Shown here: one piece after another, positions 18,797-28,163 of the stretch
Layout: each line of letters opens with the position of its first letter
How positions within the stretch are numbered: the stretch's first letter is position 1
Origin: Planctomycetota bacterium
GTDB lineage: Bacteria > Planctomycetota > B15-G4
Direction of reading: 5' to 3'
DNA length: 64,000 bases
Assembly (NCBI GenBank): GCA_038212275.1
Contig: JBBQUR010000009.1
Coordinates: 159,293 to 223,292 of the forward strand
The notes under the pieces: model-generated
Database searches by the model: none
The model's input: only the letters and a program-made list of their open reading frames with translations
What the model was told of the DNA's origin: nothing
Translations under genes and position numbers: made by a program

Positions 18797-20145
18797 TCGA
18801 TGTCGAGGCGCAGGCCGTTGGTCGCGGAGGCGCCCTTCACCGAGGTAGCGTCCGCGAACCAGCACTGCGTCACCAGCGAGAGCCCGGAGAGCGGGCCTGC
18901 AGGCAACGCGGAGGAGAGCACGAGCTTGCCCTGGCCGTCCGCCATGAGCGGCACAGTGAGCAGCACCGGCGACGGCGCGAAGAGACCACCCTTGAAGGGC
19001 AGGCTCGCCTCGCTGAGCGACGCGAAAAGCACGCCGGCCGCGTGTGGTGCGACGAGCTGCACGAAGTGCGTGAACGGCCCGCCGCCGGGCGACAGGTCTC
19101 CGGCGCCCGTGAGCTGCGGCACGCCGCCGAGGCCCGCGAGCCCGGAGCCCAGCAGCACGCAGGCGCCGGGCGGCGCATCGATGTCGATGGGGAAGGCGTT
19201 GGAGAGCGTCGCGCCGCTGGCGCCCGGCACCTTGACGAGCACGTCGCCCGCCTCGGCGCCCACGGGAATCACCACCGAGATCAGCGTGCCGCCCGCGGTG
19301 GAGGCCACGCCGGTCAATTTGAGCGGCGTGCCGTCGCCGCCGGGATCGGTGAACCACACCTCGTTGCCGAGAGCCGCGAACTGGCTGCCGACAACGCTCA
19401 GCGTCCCGCCCGTGTCCAGCGCGCCGCCGAGCGAGGAGATCACCGGCTTGGCCGCGGAGGCCGCGCCGTAGATCGCCTTCAGTCCCGCGATGTCGTCCGC
19501 AGCGAGCGAGCGCGCCGAGGTGCCGTCACCGCTGATCGCTGGCGCCATCGTGGCGCCCGAGGTGCTGCTGTGCCCCAGCCCGAGCGCATGCCCGATCTCG
19601 TGTGTCGCCACGGCCTGCAGATCGAGCGCGCCCTCGTCGGGTGCACCGGGTCCGTCATCCCAGACGAAGTCGTCGTTGTAGACGATCTTCCAGCCGTCGC
19701 TGATCGGGCTCTGCGTGAACGCCGTCACGCCGCCGCCGAGCGAGGTCGCCGAGTGCACGTTGTCGTTGACGCCGCCCGCGGACGCGGCCAGGCCCTGCCA
19801 GGTGTTGTCGAAGTTGGCGCCGCCGCTGCCGAGCACCGGATTGCTGGCGAGCCCGTCGCCGAGACCGTTGCCGCCGCGCGGCAGGCTGCCCCATTCCGCG
19901 TGCGCCTTCCAGAGGGCGAGCGGCGCGCCGGTCACGCCAGGAAAGTTGCCGTGCGGGAAGGCGTTCTCGTTGGCCTGCACGTCGAGGAAGTTGTTGAAGA
20001 CGCGGACGTCGCGCTGGTCGAGGCCAAGACTCTCACCGGAGGTGCTGAACGCGGTGCTGATCGTCGGCAGGCTCGTCAGTGCGGCCAGCGCCACGGCACC
20101 TGTCACGAGCACACCGGCGCAGACGCTCAGGGTGGATGTGGCCAT
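18793..20145 (-). CDS. Secreted matrixin (M10-like) metalloprotease with IPT/TIG domain and shared C-terminal domain
   Basis: AGGAG RBS; signal peptide; HEIGHALGLGH with Met-turn ATMAP; PVISSL..GTLSVVGSQF TIG-like; GLAG..PFKGG..Q.W..D..TNGL tail. Confidence 0.9.
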   Translation of the reverse strand: MATSTLSVCAGVLVTGAVALAALTSLPTISTAFSTSGESLGLDQRDVRVFNNFLDVQANENAFPHGNFPGVTGAPLALWKAHAEWGSLPRGGNGLGDGLASNPVLGSGGANFDNTWQGLAASAGGVNDNVHSATSLGGGVTAFTQSPISDGWKIVYNDDFVWDDGPGAPDEGALDLQAVATHEIGHALGLGHSSTSGATMAPAISGDGTSARSLAADDIAGLKAIYGAASAAKPVISSLGGALDTGGTLSVVGSQFAALGNEVWFTDPGGDGTPLKLTGVASTAGGTLISVVIPVGAEAGDVLVKVPGASGATLSNAFPIDIDAPPGACVLLGSGLAGLGGVPQLTGAGDLSPGGGPFTHFVQLVAPHAAGVLFASLSEASLPFKGGLFAPSPVLLTVPLMADGQGKLVLSSALPAGPLSGLSLVTQCWFADATSVKGASATNGLRLDIE

Positions 20146-20314
20146 CGGACGGTCTCCTGGGAGAGTCGGGAAACGGCGTGAGGATCCCGGCTTGTCGTTG
20201 CGCCGCACGCATCGGGCAGGGGGCCGGGCGGTCGGCGATCGGAGGCCGCCGTGTCGGCGCCCAGACTATGTCGGTCGGATGCGCGCCGCCAGTCGCCGCC
20301 GGCGCGGCGCGCGG

Positions 20315-21103
20315 TCAGGGGACTTTCAGCAACTCCTCGAGCTGAGGCAGCACGTTGGCCGCCGCGCGCCGGTGGCCCTCGGCATTGGGATGGATGCCGT
20401 CCGCCTGATTGAGCTCGGGGTGTCCGCCGATGCCGGCCAGCAGGGACGGCACGAAGGCCACGCCCGTCTGCTCTGCCAGCGGCGGAAAGATCGCCGCGAA
20501 CTCGCGCGTGTAGTCGGGCCCGTAGTTCGGGGGCAGTTCGATGCCGACCAGCAGCACGCGCGCACCCGCCCCGGTCGCGAGCTCGATGATTCTGCGCAGG
20601 TTCGCTGCGGTGTTGGCGGGCGGTTGGCCGCGCAGGCCGTCGTTGCCGCCGAGGCACAGCACGAGAATGTCGGCGTGCTCGCGCAGCGTCCATGCGGTGC
20701 GCGACAGGCCACCCGCACTCGTGTCGCCCGAAACGCCCGCGTTGACGACCTCGATGGGGGTGCCGTCGGCTGCGAGCAGCCGGCCGAGCACCGCGGGATA
20801 GGCCTCGTCCGCCGCGACACCGTAGCCGGCGGTGAGGCTGTCCCCGAGGAAGACGACGCGCGGCCGCGGCACCGCCGCGTCGGCGGCCACCGCGTCGGCC
20901 GGCACCGCGTTGGCAGGCACCGCGTTGGCAGGCACCGCGTCGGCAGGCACCGCGTTGGCCGCGATGGGGGCCGACGCCTGCGCCGTGCGCGCGGTGCCGG
21001 TCGCCGTCACGAGAGATTCCGCGCCTTCCGGATCACCGCGATTGCAGCCGAGCGCCAGCGCGACTAGAAGGCAGGCCACCGCGGACACCTGTCGTGCGGA
21101 CAT
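20315..21103 (-). CDS. tesA: Arylesterase/acyl-CoA thioesterase I (SGNH/GDSL), lipoprotein
   Basis: Lipobox LALGC; GDSLTAG, NAGVSGDT, LGGNDG, DGIHP. Confidence 0.9.
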   Translation of the reverse strand: MSARQVSAVACLLVALALGCNRGDPEGAESLVTATGTARTAQASAPIAANAVPADAVPANAVPANAVPADAVAADAAVPRPRVVFLGDSLTAGYGVAADEAYPAVLGRLLAADGTPIEVVNAGVSGDTSAGGLSRTAWTLREHADILVLCLGGNDGLRGQPPANTAANLRRIIELATGAGARVLLVGIELPPNYGPDYTREFAAIFPPLAEQTGVAFVPSLLAGIGGHPELNQADGIHPNAEGHRRAAANVLPQLEELLKVP

Positions 21104-21127
21104 GAACCCACTATAGGCGGAGACGAG

Positions 21128-21856
21128 GTGAGCGACGCGGTGCGACTGCGGTGCACGAGCCTGACCCGGCGTCTGCCGTCAGGAGGACGCGAGCTCACCG
21201 TGCTGGACGGCCTCGACCTGGCCGTCGGCGCCGGCGAGTTCCTCGCCATCCTCGGGCCGTCCGGCAGCGGCAAGTCCACGCTGCTCGCGCTGCTGGCGGG
21301 CCTGGATCGCCCGTCGTCGGGAGAGGTCTTCGTGGACGGCACGCCGCTCTCCTCGCTGGACGAGGACGAGCTGGCGCTGCTGCGCCGCCGCCGCCTGGGC
21401 TTCGTCTTCCAGTCCTTCCAGCTCCTGCCGCACTTCACGGCGCGCGAGAACGTGCTGCTGCCGCTGGAGCTGATCGACGCGCCGGATGCCGAGGCACGCG
21501 CCGACGAGTTGCTCGCGGCCGTGGGGCTGTCCGAGCGTGGACATCACTATCCGGGACAGCTCTCCGGCGGCGAGCAGCAGCGCGTGGCGGTGGCGCGCGG
21601 CTTCTCGGCGCGGCCCGCCATCCTGCTCGCGGATGAACCCACCGGCAATCTCGACGGCGCCAACGGCCGGCGCGTGCTGGACCTGCTTGCGGCGCTGCGC
21701 GCCGCGCACGGCACCACGCTGGTGCTTGTGACGCACGATCCCGAGATCGCGGCGCGCGCCGACCGCTGCGTGCACCTCGCCGACGGCCGTCTCGTGCGCG
21801 ACACCTGGCGCACGGACGCTGCCGCCAGCGCGACGGCCGCGCGGCCAAGGTCGTGA
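21128..21856 (+). CDS. ybbA: ABC transporter ATP-binding protein (YbbA/LolD-like)
   Basis: GPSGSGKST, LSGGEQQRVAVAR, ADEPTGNLD, VTHD; divergent from tesA as in the known tesA-ybbA-ybbP arrangement. Confidence 0.9.
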   Translation: MSDAVRLRCTSLTRRLPSGGRELTVLDGLDLAVGAGEFLAILGPSGSGKSTLLALLAGLDRPSSGEVFVDGTPLSSLDEDELALLRRRRLGFVFQSFQLLPHFTARENVLLPLELIDAPDAEARADELLAAVGLSERGHHYPGQLSGGEQQRVAVARGFSARPAILLADEPTGNLDGANGRRVLDLLAALRAAHGTTLVLVTHDPEIAARADRCVHLADGRLVRDTWRTDAAASATAARPRS

Positions 21857-21885
21857 GCATGGCGTCGTGAGCATGGCGTCGTGAG
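21850..21885 (+). repeat. 14-bp tandem repeat x2.5 spanning the ybbA stop and ybbP start
   Basis: gtcgtgagcatggc gtcgtgagcatggc gtcgtgag. Confidence 0.9.
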
Positions 21886-24586
21886 ACTCGGGCTCCTCGT
21901 CACGCTGCTGCGACGCGAGTCGCGCGGGCAGCTCGGGCGGCTGGGCATCTTCTGCGCGTCGCTGGCGGTCGGCGTTGCGGCGGTGGTCACCGTGTCGGGG
22001 CTCTCGGCGGCACTCGATGGCGCCGTGCGCGCCTCGGCGCGCGAACTGCTCGCCGCCGACGTCGCCGTCGAGAGCCGTCGCGCGCTTCCCGCGGAGCTGG
22101 ACGGCGTGCTCGCCCGGCATCCCGGCCTGCGCCGCGTGAATGTCACCGAGCTGACCAGCCTCGTCGCCGTGCCTCCCGCTGCCGACGGCACGCCGGGCAG
22201 CAGCCGCCTCGTGGAGGTCAAGGCCGTCGAGGACGGCTTTCCCTTCTACGGCAGCCTGCAGCTGGATCCGCCGCGCCCGCTTTCCGAGCTGCTCGGTGAC
22301 GACGGCGTCGTGTGCGCCCCGGAACTGCTGGCCAGCCTGGGCCTCGCGCGGGGCGACCGCCTGCGCCTCGGCGGCCGCGACTTCACCATCACCGGCTCCG
22401 TGCTCGCCGAGCCCGACAAGCTGGGCATCAGCTTCACGCTCGGGCCGCGCGTCTTCGTGTCGCACGCCGCGCTGCAGGCGACGGAGTTGCTCGGCTTCGG
22501 CTCGACGGCGCGGCATCGCGCGCTGCTCGCGCTGCCCGAGGGCGCGTCCGCGCGCGACGGCAATGCACTGGCCGACGAGTTGGCCGCGGCCTTCCCGCGG
22601 CATTCCGGCGCTCGCGTGCAGACCTCCGCCGACGCGCAACCGTCGCTGCGGCGCGGCCTGCAGCGCGTGGACGGGTTCCTCGGACTGGTCGCGCTGCTCT
22701 CGCTGCTCATCGGCGGCATCGGCGTCGCCCAGACCGTGCGCGCCTGGCTGGCCGGACGGCTGCAGAGCCTCGCCGTGGCGCGCTGTCTCGGCGTGCGGCC
22801 GCGCGAACTGCTGCTCGTGCACTTCCTGCAGACGCTCGTGCTGGGATTGATCGGCAGCCTGGCCGGCGTGGCGCTGGGCGTGCTCGCCTTGTCGGCCGTG
22901 CCGCCGCTCGTCGGTGAGTGGCTGCCGGCCGACGCACTGTCTGCCTGGCAACCGGCCGCGATGGGGCGCGGGTTGGCACTGGGCCTTTTCGTCTCGCTCT
23001 TCGCGAGCATGCCGGGACTGCTCGCCATCCTGCGTGTGCCGCCGCTCGCTGCGCTGCGGCGGGACGCCGTGCTGCGCGCGGCCGGCCGGCCGGCGCGCCT
23101 CGCCTTGACGCTGCTGCTGCTCGGCGGCGTTTTCGGTGCGGCGTGGTGGCAGTCACGCGAGGTGGTGCACGCGGCCGTGTTCGCCGGCGGGCTTGCGGCG
23201 GTGGCGGGACTGCTGCTGCTCGCGGCGCGCGGCGCGATGGCAGGAGTGTCGCGCCTGCCGCGTGCGCGCTGGCCGCTCGCGCTGCGCCACGGCCTCTCGG
23301 CCATCGGCCGGCCGGATGCCGGCACGTGGGGCGGTGTGCTCGCGCTCGGCATGGGCGTGCTCGTCATCGTCGCGATGCAGCTCGTGCAGTCGCGGCTGTC
23401 GAGCGAACTGTCCGGTGCGCTGCCGCGCGAGGCGCCGACGGCCTTCCTCATCGACATCCAGAAAGAGCAATGGCCCGGCGTGTCCGCGCTGCTCGAGGAA
23501 GCCGGTGCGACGCACGTGGAGTCCACGCCCGTGATCACCGCGCGACTCGCCTCGATCGACGGCCGCGAGGTCGCCGGCCGCAGCCCCCGCGGCCGCGCGC
23601 GTGACGCATCGCGCGACGACGCAAGCGCCGACGCAAGCGCCGACACGCGTGACAGCGCACGCGACGAGGCGGGCGACGATGCTCGCGACGACGCGGGCGA
23701 CGCGGGCGACGGGGGCGACGGGGCACGCGAGCCGCGTGACGGCGATCGCTCCGGGCCGCGGCGCGGGGGCTGGGCCAGTTCTCGCGAGCAGCGCCTCACG
23801 ACGATGGCGGAACTGCCTGAGGACAACCGCATTCTGGAGGGCGCGCTCTGGTGCCGTCCGGGTGTCGACGAAGTGAGCCTGGAGCAGGGCTATGCGGAGG
23901 AACTCGGCGTGACGCTCGGCTCGGTCCTCGTCTTCGACGTGCTCGGGACGCCGGTCACGCTGACGGTCAGCAGCCTGCGGCACGTGGAGTGGCGCACCTT
24001 CGGCATCAACTTCTTCCTCGTGGTGGAGCCGGGCGTGCTGGACGGTGCGCCGCAGATGATCGTCGCCGCCGCGAAGCTGCCGGCCGGAAACGAGCAGCGC
24101 GCGCAGGACGCGCTGACCGCGCGCTTCCCCAACGTGACGCTGCTGCCGGTGGCGGAGATCGTGGCCAAGGTGGGCGCGCTGCTCGAGCGGCTCGGCGCCG
24201 GCGTGCGCGTGCTGGGGCTGTTCACGGTGGCGTCCGGGTTGGCCATCCTGGCTGGTGCGCTGGGCGCGGCGGCGGTGGCTCGCCGCGGACAGATCGCGCT
24301 GCTCAAGACGCTGGGACTCACGCGGCGCGGCGTGCTCGCACTGTTCGGCGTCGAGTGGGCGCTGCTCGGCGCGCTGGCCGGTGCCGTCGGCGGAGCAGCC
24401 GGTGCGTTGCTCGCGTGGGCCGTGCTCACGCAGCTCATGGAGCTGGACAGTCAGCTCGCGCCGCTGCTGGAGGCGCTGCCGTTGGCCGTCGCGGGCGCGG
24501 CGCTGCTCGCCGTGGTGGCCGGCGCCGTCGCAAGCCTGCGCGCGCTGGCCGTGTCGCCGCTGGTGGTTCTGCGGCAGGAGTCCTGA
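21881..24586 (+). CDS. ybbP: ABC transporter permease (YbbP/FtsX-like)
   Basis: ARELLAADV, VEVKAVEDGFPFYG, APTAFLIDIQ, SLRHVEWRTFGINF; two TM blocks. Confidence 0.9.
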   Translation: MRLGLLVTLLRRESRGQLGRLGIFCASLAVGVAAVVTVSGLSAALDGAVRASARELLAADVAVESRRALPAELDGVLARHPGLRRVNVTELTSLVAVPPAADGTPGSSRLVEVKAVEDGFPFYGSLQLDPPRPLSELLGDDGVVCAPELLASLGLARGDRLRLGGRDFTITGSVLAEPDKLGISFTLGPRVFVSHAALQATELLGFGSTARHRALLALPEGASARDGNALADELAAAFPRHSGARVQTSADAQPSLRRGLQRVDGFLGLVALLSLLIGGIGVAQTVRAWLAGRLQSLAVARCLGVRPRELLLVHFLQTLVLGLIGSLAGVALGVLALSAVPPLVGEWLPADALSAWQPAAMGRGLALGLFVSLFASMPGLLAILRVPPLAALRRDAVLRAAGRPARLALTLLLLGGVFGAAWWQSREVVHAAVFAGGLAAVAGLLLLAARGAMAGVSRLPRARWPLALRHGLSAIGRPDAGTWGGVLALGMGVLVIVAMQLVQSRLSSELSGALPREAPTAFLIDIQKEQWPGVSALLEEAGATHVESTPVITARLASIDGREVAGRSPRGRARDASRDDASADASADTRDSARDEAGDDARDDAGDAGDGGDGAREPRDGDRSGPRRGGWASSREQRLTTMAELPEDNRILEGALWCRPGVDEVSLEQGYAEELGVTLGSVLVFDVLGTPVTLTVSSLRHVEWRTFGINFFLVVEPGVLDGAPQMIVAAAKLPAGNEQRAQDALTARFPNVTLLPVAEIVAKVGALLERLGAGVRVLGLFTVASGLAILAGALGAAAVARRGQIALLKTLGLTRRGVLALFGVEWALLGALAGAVGGAAGALLAWAVLTQLMELDSQLAPLLEALPLAVAGAALLAVVAGAVASLRALAVSPLVVLRQES

Positions 24587-24588
24587 CG

Positions 24589-24680
24589 CGCACTGCGCTG
24601 AGCCGCGCCGCGCCGCGCTGAGCCGCGCTGCGCTGTGCTGTACTGTGCTGCGCCGCACCGCGCTGCGCTGTGCCGTGCCG
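24589..24680. repeat. Degenerate pentamer repeat between convergent genes
   Basis: gcgct/gcgcc/gtgct/gtgcc units. Confidence 0.75.
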
Positions 24681-25526
24681 TCAGCGTTCGCGCAGCACGA
24701 AGTCGAAGGGCAGGTCGAGTTCGCCGGCCACGGGGATGCCGTCCGCCGTGGCGGGCAGGAAGCGCCAGCTGCGCACCGCATCCACTGCGGCAGCATCGAG
24801 GTCGGGGAAGCCGGAGCTGGATGAGACGGACACATCGCGCACCGCGCCGGTCTCGTCGACGAGGGCGTGGATGACGACGCGGCCGGTCTCGCGCGCGCGC
24901 CGCGACGCCTCGGGATAGTCGGGCGGCGTGTTCTCGGGGAGCGCGCGCGGCGCGACCTGCCCCGAGACGTCGCGGGCCTCGGAGGGGACGGCGGCGGCGA
25001 CGTCCGGTGCTTCCTCGCCGACGGGCACGCTCTCCGCTGTCAGCTCCGACATCGAGGCGGCGGGCGCTGCAACGCGCGGCCGCCGCGGCGCCCGCCGGAA
25101 GTCGAGCGCCGGCGCTGCGTCCGCCAGCGCGAAGGCCGGCGCGGTGACCACCGGCTCACGCGCGGGCTCCGCGTCCGAGCGGTCCGTCGCCTCCACCAGC
25201 TGCGGTTCGGGCAGCGGCGTGTCGAGGCGCTCGGGCATCACGGCGGTCCAGGTGTCGGGTGCGTGCAGCAGCTCACGCACGTCGGCCGATGTGCCGGCCG
25301 ATGTGCCGGCTGATGGCAGCGGTTCTCCCGGGGACTCGACGACGGGCTCGAGTCCGCGGAGATTCAGCCGGGGAGCGGCGAAGGGAAGCTCGGCCCGATG
25401 CCGCAGCGCGAAGAGGGCCAGCGCGTGCAGGCCGAGGCTGCCCAGCAGCGCGAAGGCGGTCGTCGCACGGCGCGACCGCCGCGGGCTGCGGCGGGGCCCG
25501 GATGCAGAGGGATGTTCGCCTGCCAC
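24681..25526 (-). CDS. tonB: Energy transducer TonB
   Basis: N-terminal TM with SLGLH (SxxxH); Pro/Ala/Glu linker; PDYPEASRRARETGRV...SSGFPDLDAAAVDAVRSWRFLPA; GTG start inferred. Confidence 0.88.
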   Translation of the reverse strand: MAGEHPSASGPRRSPRRSRRATTAFALLGSLGLHALALFALRHRAELPFAAPRLNLRGLEPVVESPGEPLPSAGTSAGTSADVRELLHAPDTWTAVMPERLDTPLPEPQLVEATDRSDAEPAREPVVTAPAFALADAAPALDFRRAPRRPRVAAPAASMSELTAESVPVGEEAPDVAAAVPSEARDVSGQVAPRALPENTPPDYPEASRRARETGRVVIHALVDETGAVRDVSVSSSSGFPDLDAAAVDAVRSWRFLPATADGIPVAGELDLPFDFVLRER

Positions 25527-25540
25527 CCCGGAGCCTCGCC

Positions 25541-26671
25541 TCAGAACTCGTAGCCGAGGATGAGGAAGATCTGCGCGTTGGGTGACTCGCCGCCGACGCC
25601 GACGAGCGGCGCGAAGTCGATGTGCGTGCGCTTGAACGGGCGGTACTGGAAGCTCGGGCCGATGAAGAACTCGTCGGTGAATTCGCTGCGGTCTTCCTCG
25701 GCATTGATGCGCTGGGCCTTGAATTCGGCGCCCACCGAGAAGACCTCGTCGGTGATGGTCTTCGAGATGCCGTAGGTGAACTGCAGCTCGCGCTCCTGGT
25801 CGCCGGTGGTCTGTTGCTCGCACGAGAAGTTGGCGCTCCAGTGCCAGCTGGGCGCGAGCTGGTCGGCGAACAGCAGCTTGCCCTCCCAGGCGTCCGGCTC
25901 CGAATAATTGTTGATCCACTCCAGGTAGGCGGTGGGATTGCCCCAGATCTTGCCCCAGTCCGCGAACGCATAGCGGAGCTCGATCTGCTGCCCGTTCATG
26001 TCGAAGGGCACCCAGTTGCCCTCGTTCTGCGCCTTCAGATAGAAGTCGAGCTGGAAGCGATGCGGCAGGCCGATCTCGACCTCGTACAGGTTGCGGATCT
26101 TCGTGTCGCCGTGCTTCGGGTCGTCGATGCGAGCCCAGTACTCGACGTCGATCTCGCCCTCGGGGATCACGTAGGTGCGCACCGTGGCGAAGCGGCGGCG
26201 CGTGGTCCAGCGCGGCTGCGCATACGGGCCGACGAGTTCTTCCTCGCGCAGCTCGGGCGGCATCTCGCCGACGATCTCGATGGCCGGCATTTCCCAGGAG
26301 CGCAGGTGCGGCTCATCGTCGGAGGGCGGACGGGTCGCGTCCTGCGGGGCCGGTTGCGGGGCGTTCTGCGGGGACACGTGCGGCTGCCAGGCGAGCAGTT
26401 CCGCCGCCAGCGCGGCAAAGGTCGAGGTCGTGGACGCGGCGTCCGCGCCGGCCGCCTCGGCGAAGGGGGCGGCAGGCGGTGCGGGCGGGTTGCCGAGCGT
26501 GTCGTGAGCATGGGCCACGTCCAGGGCGCCGAGCAGGCTGAAGGCGCAGGCCATGCCGAGTCGCCACATCGCGATCGCGCCGCCGAGGGCAGTCCGCCGC
26601 ATCGATCGCCGCGAATGGTCGATGTGCGAGGCGGCGCGCGTGTGTGCGTGGTCGGGGAAGGTCCGGAGCAT
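25541..26671 (-). CDS. Putative outer-membrane beta-barrel protein
   Basis: Signal-like N-terminus, amphipathic beta-strands, C-terminal LILGYEF signature; start uncertain (26671 or 26602). Confidence 0.75.
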   Translation of the reverse strand: MLRTFPDHAHTRAASHIDHSRRSMRRTALGGAIAMWRLGMACAFSLLGALDVAHAHDTLGNPPAPPAAPFAEAAGADAASTTSTFAALAAELLAWQPHVSPQNAPQPAPQDATRPPSDDEPHLRSWEMPAIEIVGEMPPELREEELVGPYAQPRWTTRRRFATVRTYVIPEGEIDVEYWARIDDPKHGDTKIRNLYEVEIGLPHRFQLDFYLKAQNEGNWVPFDMNGQQIELRYAFADWGKIWGNPTAYLEWINNYSEPDAWEGKLLFADQLAPSWHWSANFSCEQQTTGDQERELQFTYGISKTITDEVFSVGAEFKAQRINAEEDRSEFTDEFFIGPSFQYRPFKRTHIDFAPLVGVGGESPNAQIFLILGYEF

Positions 26672-26753
26672 GGGCGGGGTCCGCAGTCGGGTGGAGGGTC
26701 GACAATCCGTGGTAAGAGCGCGGGATCGCCGGAATCGGTTCATGGCGAGGAGC

Positions 26754-26800
26754 GGGATCGGGATCGGGAGCGGGTTCGGGTTCGGGTTCGGGATCGGGAC
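26754..26800. repeat. Hexamer repeat in divergent promoter region
   Basis: gggatc/gggagc/gggttc x7 plus partial unit. Confidence 0.85.
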
Positions 26801-26844
26801 GCGCGGGCGTCCCATTGCGCCGGGCGGGCGCTAGGGTGTCGCCG

Positions 26845-27420
26845 ATGGATCGGGCCGACATCATCACGGGAGAGCGGCTCTGGGCGCAGTCCGCGCGGCT
26901 ACGCCTGCTGCTCCGGCACCTGGCCGGCGCGGCGCTGCGCGACCGCGTCGAGCTGGACGATCTCGTGCAGGAGACTTTTCTGCGCGTGCTCGCTTCGCCG
27001 GGCGGCCTGCCTGAAGCACGTGCGGTCGAGGATGCCGAGTTGTGGCGCCTGCTGGTGCACGTCGCACGGCATGTCGTCGTGGATGTGGCGCGTGCGGCGC
27101 GCGCGGCCAAGCGCGGCGGCGCGCGGTCGCTGCGACGCGCCGACTGGTCGCTGGGTGGAGTGAGCGTGAGTCAGCTTGCGGCCGCGACGGCCGGGCCGGC
27201 GACACGGGCGGTCGGGCGCGAGACCGAGGCGCAGCTCGAACGCGCCTTCATGACGTTGTCCGCCGAGCATCGGCGCGTGCTCGGTTTGCGACAGTTGCAG
27301 GGCCTGTCGGCGGAGGAGGCCGGCGCGCGCATGGGCCGCAGCGCCACCGCGGTGCACTCGCTCTATCGGCGCGCACTGCTCGCGTGGGAACAGGCGCTGA
27401 CCCATGGCGTGAGCGGGTGA
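26845..27420 (+). CDS. ECF RNA polymerase sigma factor
   Basis: DDLVQETFLRV (region 2); LSAEHRRVLGLRQLQGLSAEEAGARMGRSATAVHSLYRRA (region 4). Confidence 0.88.
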   Translation: MDRADIITGERLWAQSARLRLLLRHLAGAALRDRVELDDLVQETFLRVLASPGGLPEARAVEDAELWRLLVHVARHVVVDVARAARAAKRGGARSLRRADWSLGGVSVSQLAAATAGPATRAVGRETEAQLERAFMTLSAEHRRVLGLRQLQGLSAEEAGARMGRSATAVHSLYRRALLAWEQALTHGVSG

Positions 27421-27430
27421 GCGGCTGACT

Positions 27431-27946
27431 TCAGGGCTGGAGGCTCTCGAACATTTCGTGCACTGCCAGGTCGATGCGGACCCGCGTGGTCTCCAGCGGA
27501 AACACCTGCCTGGCGGTCGAGCGCGCCGAGCCGCGCCAGACGAGCGCGTTCGTGGAGGTGTGGAAGATCTCCACCAGCAGCGAGCCCTCCGTCACGATCG
27601 GGTCGTCGACGGGATCCGGCACGTGACCTTGCGCGGCCTCGGCTTGCGCGCGCGTGGCGACCACGTCGCACTCGACGCGCAGGGCGCCGCCGGCCGCCAC
27701 CTCCACGAGTCCCAGAGCCTGCAGCTCCCGGTTGACGGCCTCGCGAACCAGCGCCTGCACGGCCGTGTCGTCGCCCGACCACGTGCCCGTCGTGTCCACG
27801 ACATGAGCGGAGGACTCCGACCATTGATACGTCTGCACCGCGCGCAGGTCGATGTCCGCGAACTTGCGCGACTTGACCGTGATGTCGGTGTGGAGCGATG
27901 AACAGGCGCTTGCGACGAGCAGCAGCAGCGGAAGGATGTTGCGCAC
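27431..27946 (-). CDS. DUF4136-like lipoprotein, paralog 1
   Basis: GGAG RBS, GTG start, lipobox ASAC; TYQW...EGSLLVEIF....LVWRGSA. Confidence 0.8.
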   Translation of the reverse strand: MRNILPLLLLVASACSSLHTDITVKSRKFADIDLRAVQTYQWSESSAHVVDTTGTWSGDDTAVQALVREAVNRELQALGLVEVAAGGALRVECDVVATRAQAEAAQGHVPDPVDDPIVTEGSLLVEIFHTSTNALVWRGSARSTARQVFPLETTRVRIDLAVHEMFESLQP

Positions 27947-28163
27947 GGAAGAGCTCCGAGATCGGGAGGAGGCTCGGCAGCGTGTCCGGCCCCGCGCGAG
28001 CATAGGACACGCCGGCGCTGCGGCCCACCGGCTGCTCGCGTGGCGATCCTGCCGACACCGCGAAAGCACATCACGCCTGTCACGCGGCCGCAGGGATTCC
28101 GATGCAGCAACGAGGCGCCAGACTCGGCGCCCGTCACTATGAACCAGCATTCGGAGCCACACG

